DNA of 64,000 nucleotides from Candidatus Borrarchaeum weybense (GTDB lineage: Archaea; Asgardarchaeota; Sifarchaeia; Borrarchaeales; Borrarchaeaceae), in the NCBI GenBank assembly GCA_019057385.1, contig JAHQJS010000005.1, positions 352,799 to 416,798 of the forward strand, given 5' to 3'. The notes under the pieces are model-generated. The model ran no database searches. It was not told where the DNA came from and saw nothing but the letters and a program-made list of their open reading frames with translations. Positions 18,155 to 28,023 of the stretch are shown here, one piece after another (position 1 is the first letter of the stretch; each line of letters opens with the position of its first letter). Position numbers and translations under genes: made by a program.

Positions 18155-19060
18155 TTAGTCATTCTCAGTTTCTTCTGTTTCTTTTGCTTCTTCAATTCTT
18201 CTATCTTTCATCAAACTAACGTTAGCAATAGCTTGTGCCCGTCCAGCAGGATGGTCAAGTAGTTCTGGATGTTCTTCAAGATATTCGTCAACTTCTTCTG
18301 ACGTTACCACACTAACCGATGTTCTACGCTCTTGTTCTTCTGTCACAAACTGTTCCTTTGCTACTTCAGTGATGGCATGTTCTCCAAGAATAATAAAATC
18401 GTTTATCTCGTCTATTTGAGAAAAATTAACCAGTTCTTCAAAATCACAATGAAAAGCAAGTTGTCCATCATAAAGCAAGACGAGGAAGTATTTATGCAAA
18501 GGAGAGTTACAATGCCCGTCACAAGTGCGAATACTGACAACTGGGGAGCCATATATTCTCTCACTCGAACGAAAAGCGTTTAATAGTTGTTCGTTAGAGA
18601 ATATTTCGGAAGAAATTTGGCTGATTTCCCAGCCTAGAAGTGCATTTCCCTCTTTTTCATCTTGAAGCATCGCGAATTCTCCAAGTTGGGGAAAATCTTT
18701 TCTTTCTATCTGAGAGAACGCTTGAAGTTCATCATAACTGCAATGAAAAAAACATTCACCGTCAAAAAATTCAACGAGAAATTCCTGATGCATAGGAGAG
18801 TCGCAAACTTCCTCATCACATGGCCCAATCATAACAAAGGGCGTGCCCCAAGCCCATCCAGGCTTTGTACCTGTTTGCTCATCAAGAAGTTCTTTTGAAA
18901 TTTCGCAAATCGCGCGCCCAAGATCTCTAAGCATTCGTTGCATTTCTCTTTCTTTCTGTCGTCTTTCTCTCTCTATACGTTGTTTTTTACTTTCTCTTCG
19001 TCTAGTATGTTTCTTTTTTTTGGTTTTGGGCTTTCTTTTTTTCTTGGGTTTTGTCACCAT
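18155..19060 (-). CDS. hypothetical protein: basic N-terminus and two internal Cys/His repeats
   Basis: ATG after GAGGTGA SD; two copies of C-x3-4-C-x-SP-x-H...FHC...FSQI. Confidence 0.7.
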   Translation of the reverse strand: MVTKPKKKRKPKTKKKKHTRRRESKKQRIERERRQKEREMQRMLRDLGRAICEISKELLDEQTGTKPGWAWGTPFVMIGPCDEEVCDSPMHQEFLVEFFDGECFFHCSYDELQAFSQIERKDFPQLGEFAMLQDEKEGNALLGWEISQISSEIFSNEQLLNAFRSSERIYGSPVVSIRTCDGHCNSPLHKYFLVLLYDGQLAFHCDFEELVNFSQIDEINDFIILGEHAITEVAKEQFVTEEQERRTSVSVVTSEEVDEYLEEHPELLDHPAGRAQAIANVSLMKDRRIEEAKETEETEND

Positions 19061-19161
19061 AATCACCTCAAGAAAATAAAACCAACGCAATTAATTCTGA
19101 TTCAATTATATTTGGTACAAAAAATATAATAAATGCCACATATCCATCTTCCAACAAGAAG

Positions 19162-20472
19162 GTGATTTTCTTGCAGAGGATTGATAAAGAGAGTTCTCAA
19201 GCAATTTTTGATCTCGCCGACAAAAATAAACAAAAAATTGTGAATCTATTAGTAGACTTAATTCGAATCCAAACCCCCGTACCCCCTGGACTCAATTATG
19301 AAAAGGCAATTGAGTTCTTATCCCCACAATTTGAATCATTTGGATTCACTTGTACAAAACATGTTATGCCAGAGAATACTTTTTTGGAGAAACAAAAATC
19401 CACTAATCAATTACTTGATGGTCCTCGCATTAATCTTCAAGCTGAAAAAAAATCCGGAAAGAAACCTGGTCTTGTTCTTTATGCACATGTTGATGTTGTT
19501 CCCGTACAGGAAGAGAGTTGGACAGTTCCTCCGTGGGAGGGTGTGATCAAAGACGGAAAAATGTATGGTAGAGGAACGTCAGACTGTAAATCGTCGATAG
19601 CTGCAATCCTTGGTGCATTGGAAACAATTTCAGCGTTAAAGCTTGATCTAGCCTTTGATTTAAACATCCTAATTACCACCGATGAAGAAGTAGGACCATA
19701 TTCTGGTTTATGCTGGCTTGCAGACATGGATGTGGTCTGGGGAGATTATTTCTTCTGTCTGGATGGAAGTTCAGATACATTAGGGATTGGTGCCAATGGA
19801 ATGCTCGAATGGATGGTTGAGGTCCATGGAAAATCGGTGCATAGCGGCATTAGTTTTCTTGGACAAAACGCGATCGAACAAACAAACCTCATCATTAGCG
19901 GATTTTTAGAACTTAAAAATGAAATAGAAAAAAGAAGATCGGTTATGCCCAGTTCTCCTGAGATACAGAATCAAACAGGAGGCAAACGAGCAAATATTAG
20001 TCCAGTACTAAACGTAACAATGATTAATAGCGGGGTAAAAGTCAATATCGTTCCAGATAAGTGTGTAATTAAAGGAGACAGGCGATATATCCCGGAGGAA
20101 AATATAGATGACGTAATAAAAGAACTGGAGGATAAACTCGCTGAAATAAAGAATGCACATCCCGAACTTAGTTATGAACTTAAAACTCGTAAGATTTACG
20201 GGGGGTATTCTACCGAACCGACACATTCATGGGTTTCATTTGTAAAAAACATTATCAGCTATATTAAAGATGAAGAGCCTCCAATAGCTGGAGCGCAGGG
20301 TAGTATTGATGTTGGATGTGTCATGGAAAAACGCAAGATACCCCAATGTGCGTTTGGCGCCGGGACTACGCTTGAATCGAGAATTCATGGACATGATGAA
20401 AATATTCTTGTGAGCGATCTGTTAGATTTGACGAAGGTAATCGCTCTTGTTATCACAAATCCTCTGGATTAG
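19162..20472 (+). CDS. M20 family metallopeptidase (ArgE/DapE-like)
   Basis: HVDVVP, GRGTSDCK, DEE, HGKSVHS, C-terminal IHGHDEN. Confidence 0.9.
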   Translation: MIFLQRIDKESSQAIFDLADKNKQKIVNLLVDLIRIQTPVPPGLNYEKAIEFLSPQFESFGFTCTKHVMPENTFLEKQKSTNQLLDGPRINLQAEKKSGKKPGLVLYAHVDVVPVQEESWTVPPWEGVIKDGKMYGRGTSDCKSSIAAILGALETISALKLDLAFDLNILITTDEEVGPYSGLCWLADMDVVWGDYFFCLDGSSDTLGIGANGMLEWMVEVHGKSVHSGISFLGQNAIEQTNLIISGFLELKNEIEKRRSVMPSSPEIQNQTGGKRANISPVLNVTMINSGVKVNIVPDKCVIKGDRRYIPEENIDDVIKELEDKLAEIKNAHPELSYELKTRKIYGGYSTEPTHSWVSFVKNIISYIKDEEPPIAGAQGSIDVGCVMEKRKIPQCAFGAGTTLESRIHGHDENILVSDLLDLTKVIALVITNPLD

Positions 20473-20477
20473 ATCGT

Positions 20478-21740
20478 CTATGGGAAGAAACCTCTCAATT
20501 GAATTGCTTTTGCCAGGCGTTCTACAGCTTTACAGTAGGCGGCGCTCCTCATTGTGATTTCATCCGTTGTCGCGAGTTTCAAAACTTCATTATATGCTTT
20601 TAATATAACAGCTTCAAGTTCCTTATTTACTTGCGCTTCTGGCCATAAATATGCTTGCGTATCTTGCACCCACTCAAAGTAAGATGCAATAACTCCACCA
20701 GCATTTGCGAGTACATCAGGTACAACGAAGATACCCTTCTCAGCGCAGATCTTATCTGCATTTGGCGTTGTAGGACCGTTGGCTGCCTCAACAACCACCT
20801 TCGCGTTTATTGAGTCTGCGTTTCTCTCTGTTATTTGATCCTCAAGTGCAGCTGGCACTAAGATGTCTACTTCTGATTCAAATAATGCTTTATTTGCTTC
20901 ACTTGCATCTTCAATAAAATCTGTACCTTTGAATTCAGACCAAGGCTGTTCATCATAAAAGTGCTGAAAGAGTTGTGGAATATTTAATCCGTTCTTATCG
21001 AAATGTCCTCCATCGACTGATGTCACACCTACTATCTTATACCCCATCTCGTAAAGAAATTTGGCAAGCCAAGATCCCACGTTTCCAAATCCCTGGATAA
21101 CTACAGATGGATGATTTCGGATTCCTAAGTGTTCCATAGTTTTTTGAGTTACAGTTGCTACACCCTTGCCTGTCGCATATTTTCTACCTAATGATCCTCC
21201 AAGCTCTACGGGTTTCCCAGTCACAATTTCAGGAACTGCATATCCTTTGAAAGTGCTATAGGTATCCATTATCCAAGCCATCACTTTTTCATCAGTGTTT
21301 ACATCTGGAGCGGGAATATCTTTCTCAGGGCCTATCAAGGGAAGAATCATGTAGATGTATCTGCGAGTCAGTCGTTCAATTTCTGTCCGTGACATTTTTG
21401 TTGGATCACACCTGACACCGCCCTTTGCGCCACCATAAGGAATGTCGACTACGGCACATTTTATCGTCATCCAACCCGCGAGTGCTGTTGTTTCGTTTAA
21501 ACTAACTGAAGGATGATATCGAAGACCTCCCTTACAGGGTCCCCTAATATCATTGTAATGTACACGATAGCCATCATAGAGCTGGTAGTCACCGTTGTCA
21601 TGCACAACACCTACCGCTACAGAAAGGGTTCTCATGGGGCGTCTGAGGAAGCTGTGAATATTGGAGTCTAAATTCAATAATTCAGCGGCGTTATCTAAAG
21701 TCTCCAAAAAGTTTTCGAATGGATCCTCTTTGTTACTCAT
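20478..21740 (-). CDS. gdhA: glutamate dehydrogenase
   Basis: GPCKGGLRYHP, GGAKGG, PAPDVNT, QGFGNVG, EAANGP, ANAGGV..SYFEW. Confidence 0.95.
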   Translation of the reverse strand: MSNKEDPFENFLETLDNAAELLNLDSNIHSFLRRPMRTLSVAVGVVHDNGDYQLYDGYRVHYNDIRGPCKGGLRYHPSVSLNETTALAGWMTIKCAVVDIPYGGAKGGVRCDPTKMSRTEIERLTRRYIYMILPLIGPEKDIPAPDVNTDEKVMAWIMDTYSTFKGYAVPEIVTGKPVELGGSLGRKYATGKGVATVTQKTMEHLGIRNHPSVVIQGFGNVGSWLAKFLYEMGYKIVGVTSVDGGHFDKNGLNIPQLFQHFYDEQPWSEFKGTDFIEDASEANKALFESEVDILVPAALEDQITERNADSINAKVVVEAANGPTTPNADKICAEKGIFVVPDVLANAGGVIASYFEWVQDTQAYLWPEAQVNKELEAVILKAYNEVLKLATTDEITMRSAAYCKAVERLAKAIQLRGFFP

Positions 21741-21800
21741 AAAAAAATCCTTCATTACTTTCATTCAATTTGATGTTTAAATTTCTTAACACTCTTCTAA

Positions 21801-22289
21801 TTATTTCTTTGCTAGGTATTCTTTCGCTTTTTTGAGTGTTGATTTACTAACAATTCCATGGCTTCTTACCAGAGCAGAAAAGTAACACAGGCATCCGGGA
21901 TCTTCAGGGGAGCCGATATAGTTTAAAATAGCGTTATATTTATCTACATCTAAACAAAGTGAGTGTATGGGACAGGAATAGCCTTTGTTGGTTAAAAAAA
22001 GCCCCATACAGGGAGGGCTTCTAGAAACGGGTTTGTCTAGCCCTTCTATAATGAAAGAACACATTTCATCAGAGATTCTTTGGAAATCTTCCTTAGAAAG
22101 GTTTACATCCTCTTTATGATATTCTATGAGTCCTCTAACTATGGATTGAATGGCTAAGTCGATTGCTTCTTTAATAGTCTTTTCAGTCCTAAATTTTTGG
22201 ATCATTCTGTGGAACATACATTCATTACTACGTTCTCTATAGAAAAGACACGGCATACGAATAAGAGATGTGATAACGGTTTGGGTCAT
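21801..22289 (-). CDS. hypothetical Cys-rich protein
   Basis: 162-aa ORF with several Cys (PPC, CPIHSLC, GCLC). Confidence 0.55.
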   Translation of the reverse strand: MTQTVITSLIRMPCLFYRERSNECMFHRMIQKFRTEKTIKEAIDLAIQSIVRGLIEYHKEDVNLSKEDFQRISDEMCSFIIEGLDKPVSRSPPCMGLFLTNKGYSCPIHSLCLDVDKYNAILNYIGSPEDPGCLCYFSALVRSHGIVSKSTLKKAKEYLAKK

Positions 22290-22518
22290 TGGCAGAACTA
22301 TCCCAAGAAGTGAGTCTTTTATAAAATAGGGGCGAATACCATAGTATTAAATATCTCGATCGATTCTCCAGTCAATGATATTTTAAAGACTATACTATAT
22401 TTACTTTCCCTTTTTTGATTCAGTAGTTTGGAAGGTCTTAAAGAGCCATCAAAAAACTAAGTACCAAAAGAGTTAATTATCTTTCCTTAAGTTTTATCGT
22501 GATTGACCTAAAGGAGTT

Positions 22519-23346
22519 TTGCTCATGAAATTATTGTTAGCTTACTTTTCTGCAACAGGAAACACCGCACAAATAGCAAATACTGTAAAAGAACAACTAA
22601 CTGAGTTAAATGTAGAAATTGACGAATTTAATATGACTTCATATTCTGATAGACAAAAAAATATTAATTTAGATCCTTATGATGCAGTAATTTTCGGATT
22701 TCCTGTTTATGACAATAGAGCACCACGATTGGCAAGAGAATGGTTGCAGACATTGAATGGTAAGGGTAAGAAATGTGCTACCTTTTTTACTTATGGCGGG
22801 ATTCGTGTGCATCCATCCCATTATTCTACTCGTCAGATATTGGAAAAACAGAATTTCGAAGTTGTTTCATCTGCTGAGTTCTTAGGTGCGCATACATTTA
22901 ATTTAGCTGGATGGGAGGCAATGGAAAACAGACCCGCCCCCTCAGATTTTGATGTCGCTAGAGAATATGCGTTAAAAACCTATAAGAAATTCATTAATAA
23001 GGATTCTAGACGCTTAGGTGAACTAGAAAAAGGCATGCTTAATGAAGAACAATTGGATGAATTGGAGAATTCTAAGTTTAAGATAATCAAACAATTTCCT
23101 ACCAGAGACGGCAAAGAATGCAGCATGTGCCGAACCTGTGAAGAGCAATGTCCTACGCAGGCCATGAATGCTGAAGAAGGGTCTGCAAACAAGGATGATT
23201 GTATCGTCTGCCTTAGATGTGTCGCTAATTGTCCTGATAAGGTATTGAAAATAAATGATCTAAGTAAAATCTTCAAGATGCTACTACAAAGAGATAATAC
23301 AACAAAGGAACTTTTGGCGAAAAAAACAAGTAAAATCTATTTGTAG
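22519..23346 (+). CDS. flavodoxin-ferredoxin fusion (EFR1 family)
   Basis: YFSATGNT plus two CxxCxxCxxxCP motifs. Confidence 0.9.
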   Translation: MLMKLLLAYFSATGNTAQIANTVKEQLTELNVEIDEFNMTSYSDRQKNINLDPYDAVIFGFPVYDNRAPRLAREWLQTLNGKGKKCATFFTYGGIRVHPSHYSTRQILEKQNFEVVSSAEFLGAHTFNLAGWEAMENRPAPSDFDVAREYALKTYKKFINKDSRRLGELEKGMLNEEQLDELENSKFKIIKQFPTRDGKECSMCRTCEEQCPTQAMNAEEGSANKDDCIVCLRCVANCPDKVLKINDLSKIFKMLLQRDNTTKELLAKKTSKIYL

Positions 23347-23396
23347 GTATTATTTGTCATTTCTAAACGAATTAGTTCTGCTCTCTTTAATTTTAT

Positions 23397-23437
23397 TATC
23401 GCGAGAAGACCTCCCCCGAAAGGGTGGGGTAGTTCAC
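23397..23437 (+). mobile_element. minimal collapsed IS200/IS605 palindrome (same family as 10945 element)
   Basis: TTTAT|..CGCGAGAAGACC-hairpin-GGTAGTTCAC. Excision restores the TAC AAA TAA end of the neighbouring gene. Confidence 0.75.
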
Positions 23438-24417
23438 TTGTAAAACCTCTTGAATACTCGACAGACCGCCAATCCCATCCATAAAAGCAAATCTTTATCT
23501 CTACCCTTGGTCAATTTCAGATTCCATGTCCCGTTCTCTTCTTGATTGTTAGTAAACCAATCAAGAGCTTCCTTGATTTGTGGATTATCAACAGAAAATC
23601 CAAGATAAGACAGCGAATCAAGTGATGACAATAAGTCGGTAAACCAAAAAGGAAATGTAAATCTAGTCCAATAATTGACTGCTTGTCGATCAGAGTAGCG
23701 ATCCCGTTTGAAAAAACGAGATGCCAAGAATTCTCCAGCATCTTTAGCTTCTTTTGTTTTTCGAAATTCAGGATGCGCCGCAAATGCTCTTAATACACAT
23801 CCTGTCACCAACCAAGCAGATGGCATCAAAAGATCAGGCATCAAAATTTCAGAATGCAACATTTCTCTATCTAATTTCTTGCCAACTGTTCTAAATGGAA
23901 TTGCCCAGCCGCCATCACTTTGGCGAATAGAAAGAAGCCATTTAAATCCTTTTTCAATCCTAGGATCATTATCATAGCCTGCTTTAATGAGAATTTCCAT
24001 GGTCATTGCAGTATAGGTTGGAGCGTACTGAGTTCCATAAATTCCTCTGAAATCACCTTCTTCTGTCTGAAAACTGAATAAGAACTCAGCTGCCTTTTGC
24101 ATTGCAGGGTGTTTTTTGTTAATTCCATATTTTTCAACCAATTCTCCAATGATTCTATACGTCTCAAGTTGATTATAGTTCTCTCTTGAACGAATGGACG
24201 TGTCGCCACCGGGATATTTCCAAAAACCATCCTCTTGCTGTTTTCGAATGAGTTTTTTAACTTGGGATAACTGCCACAATGTTTCAATAGACTCCATTTC
24301 CTTTTTACCAAGTAAATCACGTTGGGTAAAAAACAAAATTGCCTCATTTCTTGATGTTAGCAATGGGGGTAAAGGGTCAAAGTTAAGTTGTTTTCTCCAT
24401 CTCTCTACCATCGTCAT
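23434..24417 (-). CDS. prenyltransferase/squalene-cyclase (QW) repeat protein
   Basis: Repeated QxxDGxW motifs: QQEDGFW, QTEEGDF, QSDGGW, QEENGTW. Confidence 0.75.
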   Translation of the reverse strand: MTMVERWRKQLNFDPLPPLLTSRNEAILFFTQRDLLGKKEMESIETLWQLSQVKKLIRKQQEDGFWKYPGGDTSIRSRENYNQLETYRIIGELVEKYGINKKHPAMQKAAEFLFSFQTEEGDFRGIYGTQYAPTYTAMTMEILIKAGYDNDPRIEKGFKWLLSIRQSDGGWAIPFRTVGKKLDREMLHSEILMPDLLMPSAWLVTGCVLRAFAAHPEFRKTKEAKDAGEFLASRFFKRDRYSDRQAVNYWTRFTFPFWFTDLLSSLDSLSYLGFSVDNPQIKEALDWFTNNQEENGTWNLKLTKGRDKDLLLWMGLAVCRVFKRFYK

Positions 24418-24491
24418 TCACCATTAATTTAAAACAAAAACATCTTTAAAGTGAATTTGTATCATTCAGATTAAAAAACTAAGGTGGCAGG

Positions 24492-25106
24492 ATGTATATT
24501 TGGTTTTTTTTCTGTATAATTGGTGTAATCGCAATAATACCACTTCATTTTTTATCCGTAGAGCACTTGAAACTCCAAGAAAAGTACGGTAAAGAGAAGG
24601 GGATCAAACGAGGTGAGATTTATGGACTCATTTCAGGATGGTTTTTTTTCATCTTTTGGATGGGGCTCTGGTTTTCACCACAATCAAGATTTACTGTTCC
24701 AATTCTTCAGAATGTATCCGTCATCATTCCAATTATTAATTTTTCAATTCCTGTGTTTCACCTGATAATTTGTACGCCTTTCCTCGCTCTGGGTGCCTGG
24801 TTAGGGATTAAGGGTGTACAGGAAACTACCCTAAAAGTAGCAGAAACACATAGACCGGAAAAAATTATTACAGGAGGAGTTTATTCCGCTGTCAGGCATC
24901 CACAATACTTTGGTGGATTACTTGCTCACGTGGGAATTTCTTTTCTCTTATCAGCAATTTATTCCTTGTTTTTTACTCCTCTGATGATTTTACTAGTCTA
25001 TCTCATATCATGGAAAGAAGAAAAGGAGTTAGTCAGAGAATTTGGCAAAGAATATGAAGATTATAAAAAGAAGGTGCCAATGCTACTGCCAAAGATTAGA
25101 AAATGA
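24492..25106 (+). CDS. isoprenylcysteine carboxylmethyltransferase (ICMT/PEMT) family membrane protein
   Basis: GVYSAVRHPQYFG and EE.EL...FG.EY..YKKKVP. Confidence 0.88.
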   Translation: MYIWFFFCIIGVIAIIPLHFLSVEHLKLQEKYGKEKGIKRGEIYGLISGWFFFIFWMGLWFSPQSRFTVPILQNVSVIIPIINFSIPVFHLIICTPFLALGAWLGIKGVQETTLKVAETHRPEKIITGGVYSAVRHPQYFGGLLAHVGISFLLSAIYSLFFTPLMILLVYLISWKEEKELVREFGKEYEDYKKKVPMLLPKIRK

Positions 25107-25204
25107 TTTCAGTTGTGTTCGCTATTTAATCCATTCTTAAGGGTTCCTGATCTCTTTGGTTACAAAAAGACGTTTAATGCTCTCTTCTAACTTATTAAGC
25201 GACC

Positions 25205-25375
25205 TTAACCTTTAATAAATGCAAAAAACTCTTTTTCTTGTGATTCTACAAATTTAACGAATTCTTCGATAAGTTTCATCTTGCTGACCTTTAATTTTTG
25301 GTTTAGAAGCAATTTCGCTTGCAATTCGTCAATCTTATTTTTCACTTCAGTCGCAACGCGTATTGTAGTAACCAA
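25205..25375 (-). CDS. small ribbon-helix-helix/antitoxin-like protein (56 aa, below ORF-track cutoff)
   Basis: TTG start after GGGGAG SD; MVTTIRVATEVKNKIDELQAKL...KVSKMKLI matches an RHH beta-helix-helix pattern. Confidence 0.55.
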   Translation of the reverse strand: MVTTIRVATEVKNKIDELQAKLLLNQKLKVSKMKLIEEFVKFVESQEKEFFAFIKG

Positions 25376-25793
25376 ACAACTCCCCCTGAGTTTGTATAAT
25401 TTTATACTTTTTCTTAACTTATAGTTAATTCGACAGATAAAATCTCAAAATTAACATATAGTAGACTTTCATACATATATACTTTTATACTGAATATTTG
25501 CTGTTCTCTAGGGAACTATTTCAGCCAAAATATTTCTAAATTTTCGCAAGAATACATAAAAATCTACAAGTCTTCTTTGTATCCCTTTAAGATTTTCCTC
25601 ATTCTTTGATACTACTTTTGACAAGCTAAGACTAGCACTTTTTCCAAAAGAAATATAAATGATTGTAATGCGCTTCTCTTACCTATTTCACAAAACTATA
25701 GTAACGAACATGAGAGAGAGTTATAACATAGCTTTCAACTCGAAAAGGCTCTGAAACTAAATAACTGGAAATTAAACGGAAGGGTGAACTGCG

Positions 25794-26045
25794 ATGGCGA
25801 AAGAAATGGAGGTGAACTTGATGACAGAGAAGGAACCGATAAGGAAATATCGAACAGTAGATGGTACATTTCAGATCTTGTGTTATAAAGCACATGAGCA
25901 ATGTGGTAAGGATTGCCCACAAATGAAACTGTGGCGGGAAGTAGCTGCATTTCAGAAATTAGGCTTTAAGTGTTTTATTAGAAACGGTGGCGATATATGG
26001 GAAACTAAATTCGAATATGATCCTTTAGGGATGATGTTTTCGTGA
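25794..26045 (+). CDS. small hypothetical protein with Cys cluster
   Basis: GGTGA and GGAGGTGA SD sites; CYKAHEQCGKDCP. Confidence 0.5.
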   Translation: MAKEMEVNLMTEKEPIRKYRTVDGTFQILCYKAHEQCGKDCPQMKLWREVAAFQKLGFKCFIRNGGDIWETKFEYDPLGMMFS

Positions 26046-26523
26046 GATATGTGCAAAAAAGGGCAAATTGTTATACATAGCCTTTTTTTGTCGATAATAA
26101 ATATGGAAACGATTCTTTCTTCATTTTTTTCAATTTAGCAGAGCAGAAATGAATGTTCGGGTGTTTTCAGAAATATTCTCTTTATGAATAAGTGGTTAAA
26201 CGTCTGTTTTTCAGCAAAAATACCGTTTTTGTGAAATAGATATTTGTGAGTAATACTCACCATCTTTTTAGATGCTCTAAGATAGAAAAGAAATCGCAAG
26301 AAAACAGAGTTAAAATATATATTGGGCGTTCTCCTTAGAGTTTTCATATTTTATAAAAAGCCATTTTCACTTACGTGAAATTTTTATTTCAGGCAATTCA
26401 CTGAGACAGAACAAGAAAAATGAATAATATGGTGCTAAAAATAGCTGATATACTCTGGAAAAAGGATAATTAGAAAGAATGACTTTCTAATCATCTTGTA
26501 ACTATTCTTATGAGACTAATTCA

Positions 26524-26658
26524 TTAAGGGAGTAGATTTCCTAACGCAGGTCCTAAGACTGGAACGGAAAATACTTGAAAGTATTCTAAGGCAAATACCA
26601 CAGCTACTACTATTACAATTAACGCTATGATACCTCCAACGACTTTTCCTTTACCCAT
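26524..26658 (-). CDS. small single-TM membrane protein
   Basis: MGKGKVVGG followed by a hydrophobic helix; GGTGA SD. Confidence 0.55.
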   Translation of the reverse strand: MGKGKVVGGIIALIVIVVAVVFALEYFQVFSVPVLGPALGNLLP

Positions 26659-27162
26659 TTTTTCTTCACCAACCTTGATACTTAATCGAATTTTGCATGT
26701 TTTGATTTTAGACAAAAGCAAACAGCACTACTTCCAATATTAGTATTCAATACTCCGATAAAAATTCTCTGCAAAAAAAATAAATATATATTTGCGAATA
26801 TTTTAAGGGTAGTTGCAAAATATAGTACTTTACATTTTCACAGGATTAAATTTCTCAAAAAACAGTCATTCACTCTTCTTCTTTCTTAATAGACTTTAGA
26901 TTTTGTAATCTCTGGATTCTACACATTTACAAAAAAATTGGAGGGGGATATACGTCCAATATTCCTAAAAGGATATCGAGAGGTATAATGCCCGAAAAAG
27001 AATGGCTTCGGATGTGTCTCCCCCATTGGTATATTTTCTTCCTTTTAGAATTTGCATCTTAGAAGTTTTTGTCCACAAAATCGTCAATCGAGTTCGTTAA
27101 GGAAGTTTATAAAAAAAAAATGGGTGGTGTAAGATTCTAAAAGCAACAAGGCTAACCGTTTA

Positions 27163-27672
27163 CTATTTCTTGAACTTGTAGAGAAATTCGCAGTACTCAT
27201 CTCCCCACTCTGGGCATTTTGTTAACTTAAAGTCTATTTTAGGATTAACTGCCTTGAATCCTTCTTTCACAAATGTGGCACAAGGTTCGCCGCAAACTTT
27301 AAAGGCATCAAGAACATTATATTCTTTAGCCCTCTCCCAGAGCGCACATTTATATGTTCTCCTCACAGCTCTTTCTGGTGTTGACTCAACAATTTCAGAT
27401 GTGTATTCAGGACCGAGGGCAACTTTGCCAACGACAAGGGATAATCTAGCAGCCCCTGCTGCATCTTCTACTGGTATGTTGTATTTTTGCTGAATCATTG
27501 GATGAAGCGCCGCACCGCCTCCACCCCACATTCCATTTAAAATCTCTATGACTTTTTCTTTACCCAAGGCACCCACAAGTTGCGCCATTAAACCCATTGC
27601 TGATCCACTGAAAACATTAGTGGCGAATGCCCATTTATCTTCAACTGGGACTTTATCAGCTATCTCAGCCAT
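27163..27672 (-). CDS. V4R/ATC-hydrolase-like protein, subfamily A
   Basis: YKCALW...VCGEPC...AVNPK...GDEYCE. Confidence 0.8.
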   Translation of the reverse strand: MAEIADKVPVEDKWAFATNVFSGSAMGLMAQLVGALGKEKVIEILNGMWGGGGAALHPMIQQKYNIPVEDAAGAARLSLVVGKVALGPEYTSEIVESTPERAVRRTYKCALWERAKEYNVLDAFKVCGEPCATFVKEGFKAVNPKIDFKLTKCPEWGDEYCEFLYKFKK

Positions 27673-27810
27673 TTTCCATCCTCTCCTCAATTTGGGTACT
27701 TATAGTGCGCCCCTCCTCGGCGCTTAGGGTGTAAAGAGTCACTTTAATGAGAGTCCTTCAAGTTCACTCTTTCAATAGTGACTCCTGTTCATTTGACTGA
27801 ACTTACCCTA
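27673..27810 (-). ncRNA. candidate structured 5' leader RNA (multi-stem domain + GCGCC hairpin copy 6)
   Basis: P1 TAGGGT/ACCCTA, P2 GAGTCACT/AGTGACTC, hairpin GCGCC-GAGGAGG-GGCGC. Confidence 0.6.
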
Positions 27811-27814
27811 GGAC

Positions 27815-27828
27815 TTGTCATATGACAA
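27815..27828. promoter_or_regulatory. perfect 14-bp palindromic operator TTGTCATATGACAA
   Basis: Perfect palindrome. A 13/14 match lies at 7946-7959 in the same position relative to the leader. Confidence 0.65.
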
Positions 27829-28023
27829 TTAAAAAATTAAAATTGCCATTAAATGACAAGTCAAAAATATATTTATAGCAAGTTCTATATATAGTTTTTG
27901 CAAATTAATACTTTACAAATATCTAGTTTATGCTACATATAAGTAACGGCGTGAAAGACTTTCATAACTACAAGGAAAATCGAAATTGTCTCCCTCCATC
28001 ACCCCCTAAAATAGGATTTATTT

